Positions 26,648 through 34,268 of a stretch of 64,000 nt of DNA are shown piece after piece (the first letter of the stretch is position 1; every line of letters begins with the position of its first letter). Source of the stretch: Nitrososphaeria archaeon (GTDB lineage Archaea; Thermoproteota; Nitrososphaeria; Conexivisphaerales; UBA164); NCBI GenBank assembly GCA_049976505.1, contig JBMFIC010000003.1:25304-89303 (forward strand), in the 5' to 3' direction. The translations under genes and the position numbers were made by a program. The notes beneath the pieces were generated by a model. It made no database searches, was not told the origin of the DNA, and was given only the letters and a program-made list of their open reading frames with translations.

Positions 26648-26746
26648 ACGTTTAATCATAGAAATGGGGGTTCAGAGGGGCGCATCCCCACCCTTTAGGA
26701 CAGGAAAAAGTCAGGCTCAGCGAATGAGCAGCACTAATATATACTT

Positions 26747-26895
26747 TTCATGCAAAAATTTAGAATTTTGCGTTTCTGCTTATTCTATATTTAAGCTTAT
26801 CTCTCCTTAGATATATCATAAACAGCTCCTTTGCATGCAGGATGCATAGTTTTAAAACTTTGCAAGTTAGACAATGAGTAGAAGTTTTGCATGAA
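26747..26895. repeat. 11-bp inverted repeat pair TTCATGCAAAA / TTTTGCATGAA with a third TTTGCATG copy between them
   Basis: TTCATGCAAAA at 26747-26757, TTTGCATG at 26830-26837, TTTTGCATGAA at 26885-26895, plus the variant TTTGCAAG near 26860. All lie in the ORF-free region upstream of the CRISPR repeats. Confidence 0.6.
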
Positions 26896-27052
26896 GTGTG
26901 TTTTGGAATAACGCTGTTATAAGTTTAACAAGAAGGTAAAAACGTGAGGTCTTTTCCGCATGAGACGTTTTTGGACGTGCACGCACGAGCAGGATCGACT
27001 TTCTGCCGTCCAAAGGATTCTGATGGGAAAAAGCTTATATTCACGGGACGCT

Positions 27053-27161
27053 CTTGCAGTAATGTCCTCTAAAAATGAGGATTGAAAGATGGTATCCGCG
27101 GATCCATATGGTTTCGATCATCTGCCTTGCAGTAATGTCCTCTAAAAATGAGGATTGAAAG
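27053..27161 (+). CRISPR. Orphan CRISPR mini-array: two identical 36-nt repeats, one 37-nt spacer
   Basis: CTTGCAGTAATGTCCTCTAAAAATGAGGATTGAAAG at 27053-27088 and 27126-27161. Internal hairpin TCCTC-N7-GAGGA and a 3' ATTGAAAG handle typical of type I/III repeats. Spacer ATGGTATCCGCGGATCCATATGGTTTCGATCATCTGC. No cas genes in the window. Confidence 0.6.
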
Positions 27162-27267
27162 CAACTATGAACGTAACTGCAACGCGAAAGCTGCAAGGTC
27201 CATCAGGATATTTCTGGACCTGCATGGAGCACCTCACTGCTTTTAAGATCTGGCAGAAAAACGATAG

Positions 27268-27298
27268 GCCTCATCATTCAGGGCGGGAAGGAGGCCAG
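27268..27298 (+). mobile_element. Decayed right-end relic of the TnpB IS (half hairpin plus RE tail)
   Basis: ..TTCAGGGCGGGAAGGAGGCCAG matches 20 of 22 positions of the MITE/RE sequence TTCAGGGCGGGGAGGAGGTCAG. The 5' stem arm is degenerate. Lies 48 nt upstream of hel308. Confidence 0.45.
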
Positions 27299-27345
27299 AT
27301 AATACTAAATCAGTTTATAAGCAGCACAATAATAGATTTTGAAGG

Positions 27346-29460
27346 ATGCTTGTAGAGGATCTGAGCCTTTCGCCTCTTATCAAGGAGAAGCTCAAGGAAA
27401 GCGGCTATGCCTCCCTGTGGCCCCCTCAGGAGAAGGCGATCAAAAAGGGCCTTCTCGAGGGGAAGAGCCTTCTTGTGGTTACTCCCACTGCCAGCGGTAA
27501 GACGCTGATTGCTCTCATGGCCATTGGCAGGACAGTGCTTGATCTTGGCCTTAAGGCCATATACATAACTCCACTGAAGGCCCTTGCCAACGAAAAGTAC
27601 GAGGAGTTCAGGTCCTTCTTTGAGGGTATATATAAAAGCGATGGCAAACAGGTCAGCGTTGCGCTGAGCACCGGAGATGACGTCGCTCTTGATCCTGCCG
27701 GGCTGGGGGCATTTGACATAATAATAACAACTAACGAAAGGCTGGACTCGATAATCAGACACAGGGTAAAGTGGATGGAAAAGGTCGGTCTCTTTGTCTT
27801 TGACGAAGTTCATCTTCTGGACGACGAATCAAGAGGAGGAACGCTTGAGTTCGTCCTAACGGAGATAAACTCCTGGTACAGTAACGCTCAGCTGCTGGCT
27901 CTTTCGGCCACGGTTAAAAATTACAGCGAGATAGCCTCATGGCTGGGCCTTGATGTCGTCTATGACGAGTGGAGACCCGTAACGCTTCTGGAGGGCGTGG
28001 CGTACGATGACCGCATTATATTCAGCAGTGGGGACGTCGATCTTATAGAGCGAAGGGGCACCCTGCTTCAGGACGTGGTATACAACGAGCTTAAGGATGG
28101 TGGCCAGTGCCTAGTGTTTGCTGAGACGAGAAAGAAGGCCCTAGAGCTGGCCAAGAGCCTCTCCACAGTGACTAAGAAATTTTCTCAGGTTCCCCTCGAG
28201 CAGTCCTATCCGGAGGAAGAGGAGGACACCTCTATTACGAGGACCCTCAGATCGCTCATCCCGCTGGGGATAGCATTTCATCATGCTGGGCTGCCAGCAA
28301 GCTACAGAAGGCTAGTCGAGAGCCTCTTCAGGGATAACAGGATCAAGGTCATATGCAGCACTCCGACGCTTGCGGCTGGGGTCAACCTCCCCGCACGAAC
28401 CGTGATAATTAATTCGATTTACAGGTTTAACGAGGACCGAAGGGAGCCAATAAAGGTCATGGAATACAAGCAGATGGCGGGAAGGGCCGGAAGGCCAAAG
28501 TACGACAAGGTCGGAAAGTGCATACTTCTTGCGCAGGACGAGTACCAAGTGGACCTCTACCTGGACAGGTACGCAAGAGGAGAGCCGGAGCCTATTTCAT
28601 CAAAACTTCTTCTCAAGGACTTCTCAACCATGGTGCTAGCATTAATATCAATACTCGGGTATGCCTCGTACGAGAAGATCAAGGAGTTCTTCGACAGAAC
28701 GCTCTACGTAAAGCAGAACGGGCCCCTTGACGTCCCTGTAAGGGAATCAATAGAGTTTCTTAGCTCTAACGGGTTCATACTTATGGCAAAGAACGGGAAG
28801 TACAGGACGTCCCCCCTTGGGGACCTCACCGCGAAGCTGTACGTGTCCCCCCGCACGGCCCTTTCGTTCATAAGGGCCGGGGATGAGCTGAAGAAGTGGG
28901 ATGATCCTACGCTGCCGATAATCTGTCTGCTGGCATCATCGGAGGACATGGATCCAAAGTTAGTCTCAAGAAGAAAGGACGAGGTTGAGCTGTATCAGCT
29001 GCTCAGCGTTGAGTACGAGCTTGAGCCGTTCCTAAGCGACGATTGCTCCTCAAGAACCTTTCTCGCGCTATATGGATGGGTCAACGAGCAATCAGAGCAG
29101 GAGCTGCTGGACAGGCTTGGCGTTGAGCCAGGAGATATGTACAGGATGATAGAGTCCGCCAGATGGATAGTCTACGCGTACTCCAGGCTTGCGAGAATAA
29201 TAGGGATGAGCTCGGAGGCCTTTGAGCTGCCCATGATAAGAATACAGAAGGGCGTGAGGAAGGATGTGGCCAGCCTGGCATCGCTTAGCGGCATCGGAAG
29301 GAGAAGGGCCAGGGCGCTTTACGAGGCTGGCTATCATAACCTTCTTGAGCTCTCCCAGGCAAACGAGGTTGAAATAGCTTCCAAGGCAAAGGGGTTCAGC
29401 CTAGTTCTCGCAAGAAAGGTCATCAGAGAGGCCAGGGAGAAGCTTGGCCTTGAGGCTTAG
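27346..29460 (+). CDS. hel308: Hel308/Hjm (Ski2-like) DNA helicase
   Basis: 704 aa. TPTASGKT (motif I), FDEVH (motif II), SAT, HHAGL, QMAGRAGR, C-terminal HhH domain GIGRRRARALYEAGY. Confidence 0.9.
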   Translation: MLVEDLSLSPLIKEKLKESGYASLWPPQEKAIKKGLLEGKSLLVVTPTASGKTLIALMAIGRTVLDLGLKAIYITPLKALANEKYEEFRSFFEGIYKSDGKQVSVALSTGDDVALDPAGLGAFDIIITTNERLDSIIRHRVKWMEKVGLFVFDEVHLLDDESRGGTLEFVLTEINSWYSNAQLLALSATVKNYSEIASWLGLDVVYDEWRPVTLLEGVAYDDRIIFSSGDVDLIERRGTLLQDVVYNELKDGGQCLVFAETRKKALELAKSLSTVTKKFSQVPLEQSYPEEEEDTSITRTLRSLIPLGIAFHHAGLPASYRRLVESLFRDNRIKVICSTPTLAAGVNLPARTVIINSIYRFNEDRREPIKVMEYKQMAGRAGRPKYDKVGKCILLAQDEYQVDLYLDRYARGEPEPISSKLLLKDFSTMVLALISILGYASYEKIKEFFDRTLYVKQNGPLDVPVRESIEFLSSNGFILMAKNGKYRTSPLGDLTAKLYVSPRTALSFIRAGDELKKWDDPTLPIICLLASSEDMDPKLVSRRKDEVELYQLLSVEYELEPFLSDDCSSRTFLALYGWVNEQSEQELLDRLGVEPGDMYRMIESARWIVYAYSRLARIIGMSSEAFELPMIRIQKGVRKDVASLASLSGIGRRRARALYEAGYHNLLELSQANEVEIASKAKGFSLVLARKVIREAREKLGLEA

Positions 29461-30436
29461 AGTAGTTGATGTCAAGGGTGGGGTTCAGAGGCTTAAAGCG
29501 CTCAGGGGCAGGAGCGTTGATCTTTCCGAGCTGCTTAATGAGCTCTTTGCCGAGGAAACCCAGTACATGCTTACTGCCGAAGGCGAAATAAGGGTTGAGG
29601 CATACGACTTTACAGGAGCTTTCATGCAAGATTTCATTATGCGCCCTGAGCCACAGTTCGGGGAGGTGACGGTCTATTCACGGAGCAGCATTAATATGCT
29701 GGCTCATGACCTAAGACCCGAAACAGCACAGCTTAGCGACCTTGCAGGCATTATGAAGAGCTATGGAAGTATGATCGGGAAGGCCGCCGTGGCCTACTCG
29801 GGTGGACTGGACAGCTCCGTTCTGGCTCACGTCCTACGTGATAGCTCTCCGCTGCTGATTACAGTGGGATTTGAGCAGGGGCAGGACATAGAGAACGCGA
29901 GGAGCGGCGCGAGGGAGCTTGGTCTGGAGCACCTTGTACACATAATAAGCCGCTCCGAGCTCAAGGAAGCCGTGGAAACAGTTAAGCCCTTCTGTCACAC
30001 ACTAATGGATCTCTCCCTGGCATCGGGATTCTTTATATTTGGAAGGACGGCCAAGGAGAACGGCTACAACAGGGCCGTCGTTGGGCAGATGGCGGATGAG
30101 CTGTTCGGAGGATATGCGAGGCACAGGCGGGCCCCTCCTGAAGCGTTGGAGGGCCTGCTTCGTGAGGACATAAAAAGAGGCATATATGGATTGAGAAGGG
30201 ATACAAGGGCCATCCTTATGGCTGGGGTTGAGCCGCTGTACCCATACGCATTCAGATCGTTCTTCAGAAAGGCACAGGGCCTTCCTCTAAGTCTGAGACG
30301 GGAAAAGCTTGGTCTTAGAAAGATCGGGGAGCTGCTTGGAGTTCCTCAGACGATCGTTTGGAAGCAGAAGAAGGCGTTTCAGTACGGAAGCGGCATAGAG
30401 AGGGCGGTCAGGGAGATAATCAGGTTAGGCATCTAG
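29444..30436 (+). CDS. Asparagine-synthase-type PP-loop ATP pyrophosphatase domain protein lacking an N-terminal glutaminase domain
   Basis: AYSGGLDSSVLAHVL (SGGxDS PP-loop) and GQMADELFGGY (AsnB-type motif). No Cys2 Ntn-glutaminase N-terminus. True start probably downstream of 29444 (overlap with hel308). Confidence 0.55.
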   Translation: MALRLRVVDVKGGVQRLKALRGRSVDLSELLNELFAEETQYMLTAEGEIRVEAYDFTGAFMQDFIMRPEPQFGEVTVYSRSSINMLAHDLRPETAQLSDLAGIMKSYGSMIGKAAVAYSGGLDSSVLAHVLRDSSPLLITVGFEQGQDIENARSGARELGLEHLVHIISRSELKEAVETVKPFCHTLMDLSLASGFFIFGRTAKENGYNRAVVGQMADELFGGYARHRRAPPEALEGLLREDIKRGIYGLRRDTRAILMAGVEPLYPYAFRSFFRKAQGLPLSLRREKLGLRKIGELLGVPQTIVWKQKKAFQYGSGIERAVREIIRLGI

Positions 30437-30481
30437 AAAAACGAAAAAGATTATAAAGTTCGCATAACATTTAATCTGGGA

Positions 30482-30560
30482 AGCGGGGTGGGGGAGCCAG
30501 GTCTACCCCGCCGGGCTCATAACCCGGAGATCGGTGGTTCAAATCCACCCCCCGCTACCA
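30482..30560 (+). tRNA. Initiator tRNA-Met (CAT) with encoded CCA
   Basis: Cloverleaf AGCGGGG/CCCCGCT acceptor stem (A1:U72), D stem GGGG/CCCC, anticodon arm CCGGG-CTCATAA-CCCGG (three G:C pairs next to the loop, an initiator hallmark), T arm GGTGG-TTCAAAT-CCACC, then A-CCA. Confidence 0.9.
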
Positions 30561-30610
30561 CTTGTTCTCAGCGCTTTAGCACATTAAAGGGATCTTTCCA
30601 AAGACAGCAG

Positions 30611-31366
30611 CTACTCAACTACTTTCTGATCCTCCTCAACTTCCTCGTACCACTTCTTGCTCTCTCCTATAGCAGCTCTTATCTTCCAGTTCATGCTCTT
30701 TGGTCTTTCCTCGATCTCCTTCAGCATCGCCCTGAGCCTCTCCTCAGCCCTCGCCAGCTCGTCGTCCCTGAGCCCCAGGCTTCTCAGGTAATCGAGCGTT
30801 TTGTTGATGTTTATGGTGAAGGTCTTGTAAACGCCCCAATCAGTGGAGGTTACCTTTGTAAGGTAATCCAGCTCAAGGTTCTTGCACGGATCCTTTCCAA
30901 ACTCATGATCCAGAACCAGAGCAACTATGTCCTTCAGGTCCTTCTCGTTTATCTTCACTATCTGCAGCTTTGTAAACAGCAGATCTGTGATGGGCAGATG
31001 CTTGTCGCAAAGCCCTATCCTCTGCTTGAAGTCAAATTTGTGGGCCATCTCGAATACATCCAGAAAGACGTCAACCCTTCTCATGTTTTCAAAGTCGTTG
31101 AAGATTAGCCTTTTATAGCCATAAAGCGCGTTGAACCTCTCCCGAGGCTTGTAGCCCAGGTCCCTGAACAGAGCGGAAATTTCCCTTGACTGCTTGCTGT
31201 ATCCGATAAGGTCTATGTCGCCATAGGTCCTGGATAATGGTCCCTCCCTAGCTGATGGACAGGCATACCATATTGCCATGCCTCCGAGAAGCCTTAGAAC
31301 GACGCCCCTCCTGTCTGCCTCTTTGAGGATCCTTTCAGCCTCCTCCCTGACGTCCTTCAGAGGCAT
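30611..31366 (-). CDS. Pol-beta-superfamily nucleotidyltransferase-like protein (uncharacterised)
   Basis: 251 aa. LLGGMAI...YGDIDLIG is the G[GS]-x(n)-DxD minimal NTase signature. The helical C-terminal half is unassigned. Starts 5 nt after the phosphoesterase stop. Confidence 0.5.
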   Translation of the reverse strand: MPLKDVREEAERILKEADRRGVVLRLLGGMAIWYACPSAREGPLSRTYGDIDLIGYSKQSREISALFRDLGYKPRERFNALYGYKRLIFNDFENMRRVDVFLDVFEMAHKFDFKQRIGLCDKHLPITDLLFTKLQIVKINEKDLKDIVALVLDHEFGKDPCKNLELDYLTKVTSTDWGVYKTFTININKTLDYLRSLGLRDDELARAEERLRAMLKEIEERPKSMNWKIRAAIGESKKWYEEVEEDQKVVE

Positions 31367-31371
31367 CTAAA

Positions 31372-32322
31372 TCACCCTGTTGTGAGCATATAGCTCTTCA
31401 GTCTGCCATCTTCGAGGTTTATTACGGCGCCCCTAAGTATTCCGTACGGGTAGTCGCTTCCGGGATTTATTATAAGCGTTCTTCCTAAGTACTTGGCCCC
31501 CCGGGATTCGTGAACGTGCCCGTGGAGCCCGAGCATGGGCTGATACTTTTCAATGAGCTTTCTTACAGAAACGCTTCCGACTGGCACCATTACTACGGTA
31601 CCGGGAAGGGTAACAGGCCTGAGGTTTTCATCAACCTTGGGGGCCATATCAAGCCCAGTGTTATACGGTGGGGGATGTATGTTGAAGATGGCCGACTGCA
31701 TGTTTCTGACTTTGCTGGCCATTTCCTCTATCTTTTTCTCCAGCTCCTCCTCTGGAATATCGCGCGGCGCATGCCACGGGGTCATGTTTGCATATCCAGT
31801 GCTTATCATTTCATAGCCGTCCAGCTCAACGACCCTTCCCTCAGGATGTATGACAAAGCCCGAGGAGTCCAGAACCTCATCCAGCTCAAGAGCGTCATCG
31901 TTTCCAGCGTTTATAATTACCTTTACACCGGTTCCCTTCAGCCTTTCCTCGGCCAGCCTCAGCCACTGCTCCAGTCTCTCCTTCATAAGCTTGAGGAAGA
32001 CCTCGTTCAGCTTCTCCTTGTTGGCCGAGAGCTCCTCGTGCTCCTTCAGCGTTAGCTTCAGCGGGTAATAGCCAGAATCGGAAATCTCCTTCATAAGGTT
32101 TTCCTCCTGCTCCTTGTTCTTTATTTCAACCTTCTGTCCCAGGTAGTCTGCAAACTCAGTGCCATCCTCTCTGAGGAGTATGGGCACGATTGCCTTCCCG
32201 GTGAGATCGCCCCCAATTATCAGCACGTTGGCGCCGTACACCTTTGCAGCGTTTATGAACTTTCTGAAACACTTATCGCTACCGTGAAGATCCGTGGCAA
32301 AGAACACCCTTAATTTACTCAT
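31372..32322 (-). CDS. Calcineurin-like metallophosphoesterase
   Basis: 316 aa. FFATDLHGS (DxH), IIGGDLTGK (GD), NAGNDD (GNH/D-like), GHVHE motifs. Confidence 0.75.
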   Translation of the reverse strand: MSKLRVFFATDLHGSDKCFRKFINAAKVYGANVLIIGGDLTGKAIVPILLREDGTEFADYLGQKVEIKNKEQEENLMKEISDSGYYPLKLTLKEHEELSANKEKLNEVFLKLMKERLEQWLRLAEERLKGTGVKVIINAGNDDALELDEVLDSSGFVIHPEGRVVELDGYEMISTGYANMTPWHAPRDIPEEELEKKIEEMASKVRNMQSAIFNIHPPPYNTGLDMAPKVDENLRPVTLPGTVVMVPVGSVSVRKLIEKYQPMLGLHGHVHESRGAKYLGRTLIINPGSDYPYGILRGAVINLEDGRLKSYMLTTG

Positions 32323-32526
32323 TATTCAACCTACTATGGGCCACGGCACATATAAGCGTTTATCAAAAGTGCAAAAGAAGGGCAACATAGAACTTCTGTT
32401 GTTGAAATTTTTAACGATAAACGCAGTTTTTCACGTTAAAAATACTAAAATTTGTAAAATAATAACTAAAAGTAAAGGCTGAAAAAACAAAAGTTAATAT
32501 GTAGGTATGCGTTATACTTTTACAAA

Positions 32527-32767
32527 TTGGCTGAAAAGCCAGGAGTCTTTCTCAGGAACGCCACAGGCCTGGTCAGAACCATATCGCCAACGAACATATT
32601 TCTGATAAACCTGGGCGAGATCGGCTTTGGAACCGCGCTGATAACTCTGAACGAGGCCGACAGCTTCTTCCCCAACGGGAACCCGGGAGGATACGTGACC
32701 CTCGCCATACTTCTCATGACCGTAATTGTGCTCTTTGAAGCGTATATCTGTTATTACCAATTATTAC
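32527..32767 (+). pseudogene. N-terminal ~80-codon fragment of an APC-family amino-acid permease
   Basis: ..FFPNGNPGGYVTLAILLMTVIVLFEAYICYYQL aligns with ..AFPEGSILFGTLSMLAVSIPFFYSYYTL of the intact paralog 35783..37264. The reading frame breaks at the IS junction. Confidence 0.55.
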
Positions 32768-32770
32768 CAA
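32751..32770 (+). repeat. Perfect 10-bp tandem duplication at the IS copy-1 left junction
   Basis: TTATTACCAA TTATTACCAA. Each unit contains TTAC. Confidence 0.8.
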
Positions 32771-32859
32771 AGCAGAAAGCTTAGCCGTTCACCGCGGAGA
32801 TGGAAAAATTTTATCAACAATAACAACAGTTAAATAAGCCTTTTCGCTCCTTATCGTTT

Positions 32860-34219
32860 ATGGCGATGGCCGGTCAACTTGAATTCGGTGGGGCGCCTGA
32901 GCCGACTCCTCAGGCCATACCGGCCGTCGCCGAAAGACAGGTTGTTGAGGTAAAGCCCAGCAACAGAAGAATCAACAAAGTGCGCCTGCTGCCGAGGGGA
33001 AGCACTGAAAGAAAGCTAAAAAGGCTCGGGGAGCTTTTCTCAAAGGCCTTCAACGAGCTGAACTACATCAGGAGGCAGCAGCTCTTCTCAGGGCAGAAAA
33101 TAGACTTTGAGGGCACCGCCAGGGCCGTTTATGAAAAGTACAAAAGCATCCTTGGTTCAGCCAACGTCCAGCAGCTGATCAACAAGAACACCGAGGCATG
33201 GTCCTCATTCTTCAGCCTGCTCAAGGCGAAGAAAGAAGGAAAGCTCCTAGGCTGGCTCAAAGTTAAGCCTTCCGGCTACATGAAGGAGAATAAAAGGAGA
33301 AGGCTCCTGCTAGTGATAAGGAACGATGGCTACGCCGTTGATGAGCAGAACAGAGCGATCCTTTTCAAGCGTTTCAAGCTCAGGATCCCCTTTGCAGGGA
33401 GGCTTCAGTGGTACGGAAAACAGGGAAGGCTTGAGATCTACTACGATGAAACGAAGCAGGCGTGGTACGCATCGATACCTGTGGAGGTTGGCGTCGAAGC
33501 AATAAAGAACGTCGTAAAAGGTGAGAGAAAGGGAATTCAGAAAGAAAGGCCTAAAGGAAACAAAAGCGCCTCGATCGACCTCGGGATAAACATACTAGCC
33601 TCGGTCATTGTTTCTGATGGAACCTGGCTTTTTATACAGGGGCTCCAGAGCTAAGGAGGACTTCTTCTATCTGCAGAGAAGGATTTCAGAGGTCCGATCG
33701 CTCGAGGACAGAGCAAAGAATCTGCGGCTGAAGGAATGGTCTGAGGAGCTCAGGCTTGAGAGGAGGAGGCTCGAGGGAAAGCTGAACAGAAGGATTACCC
33801 ACCTGTACAGGACATTGGCGTCACATCTGATCAGGAAGCTCTGGTCTTTTGGCGTTTCAGCGATCTATCTGGGCTACCCATTTGAAATTGCTCAGGATAA
33901 AGGGAACAGGCTCACTGAGAACCTGTGGTCATATCGCGAGCTTATGGACGCACTCGAGCTTGAGGCGCAGGAGTATGGAATGAAAGTGTATGAGGTGATA
34001 GAATATAACACATCAAAGATCTGCGCATACCATAGCGTCAAAGTGATCAGAAGTCCAAGAGGCGTTGTGAAGTGTCCTCTTGGTCATAAGCTTCACTCAG
34101 ATCTCAATGGCGCGCTGAACATACTGAAGAAGGCAGCGGGCTTGATGGTCAGGAGCACAGCAAAGCCCCTTTCATATCTGGTGTTTCATGACGGAGTAGC
34201 TCCCGTTAAAGGGGAGTAA
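32860..34219 (+). pseudogene. tnpB: tnpB (RuvC-like RNA-guided nuclease family), frameshifted
   Basis: ORFs 32860..33654 and 33608..34219 are two halves. KVRLLP.. N-terminus, SIDLGIN (RuvC-I D), YEVIEYNTSKIC (RuvC-II E), CAYH..CPLGH zinc ribbon, HSDLNGALNI (RuvC-III D). There is one extra T in the run GGCTTTTTATA (~33625) relative to copy 2. Confidence 0.8.
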
Positions 34220-34268
34220 CCCCTGAGACCTCGGGAACCTCCGCCATTTATGGCGGAGAGGAGGTCAG
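34100..34268 (+). ncRNA. Putative omega (RE-derived) guide RNA scaffold of TnpB, copy 1
   Basis: The tnpB 3' end plus RE region. A 54-nt block (34169-34222) is identical between the two otherwise diverged copies, followed by conserved GAGACCTCGGGAACC, a hairpin and GAGGAGGTCAG. The 5' boundary is not determinable. Confidence 0.4.

Larger units (their letters stand above)
32768..34268 (+). mobile_element. IS200/IS605-family, TnpB-only (IS1341-type) element, copy 1 (no tnpA)
   Basis: Contains the tnpB reading frames. The right end carries hairpin CTCCGCC-ATTTAT-GGCGGAG followed by AGGAGGTCAG, ending at 34268. The left boundary is approximate because the left-end hairpin seen in copy 2 is not intact here. 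Confidence 0.65.

Noticed and set aside
26681-26715. Second RE-like relic right after the M50 protease stop, considered as a separate feature.
   Set aside because: Similarity to the IS right end is weak (scattered matches, ..AAAAAGTCAGG versus ..GAGGAGGTCAGG). It may simply be a terminator-region hairpin (GGGGCGCATCCCC). It is mentioned only as context in a finding.
27162-27230. Possible degenerate third CRISPR repeat (GCTGCAAGGTCCATCAGG...) after the second repeat.
   Set aside because: Only ~8 scattered matches to the 36-nt repeat, and the spacer length would be wrong (~29 nt). Not supportable.
27310-27813. 167-aa ORF antisense to the 5' end of hel308, and the 66-aa ORF 27155..27355 across the CRISPR flank.
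   Set aside because: No motifs. The first lies opposite helicase motif I/II coding sequence. The second spans a CRISPR repeat and the IS relic.
30488-31108. 206-aa plus-strand ORF starting inside the initiator tRNA gene.
   Set aside because: It begins within the tRNA and runs antisense to the nucleotidyltransferase gene. No motifs, so it is spurious.
33600-33660. Programmed ribosomal frameshifting in tnpB.
   Set aside because: The two copies shift frame at different, non-homologous positions (about 33625 versus about 38810), and each is explained by a 1-nt indel relative to the other copy.
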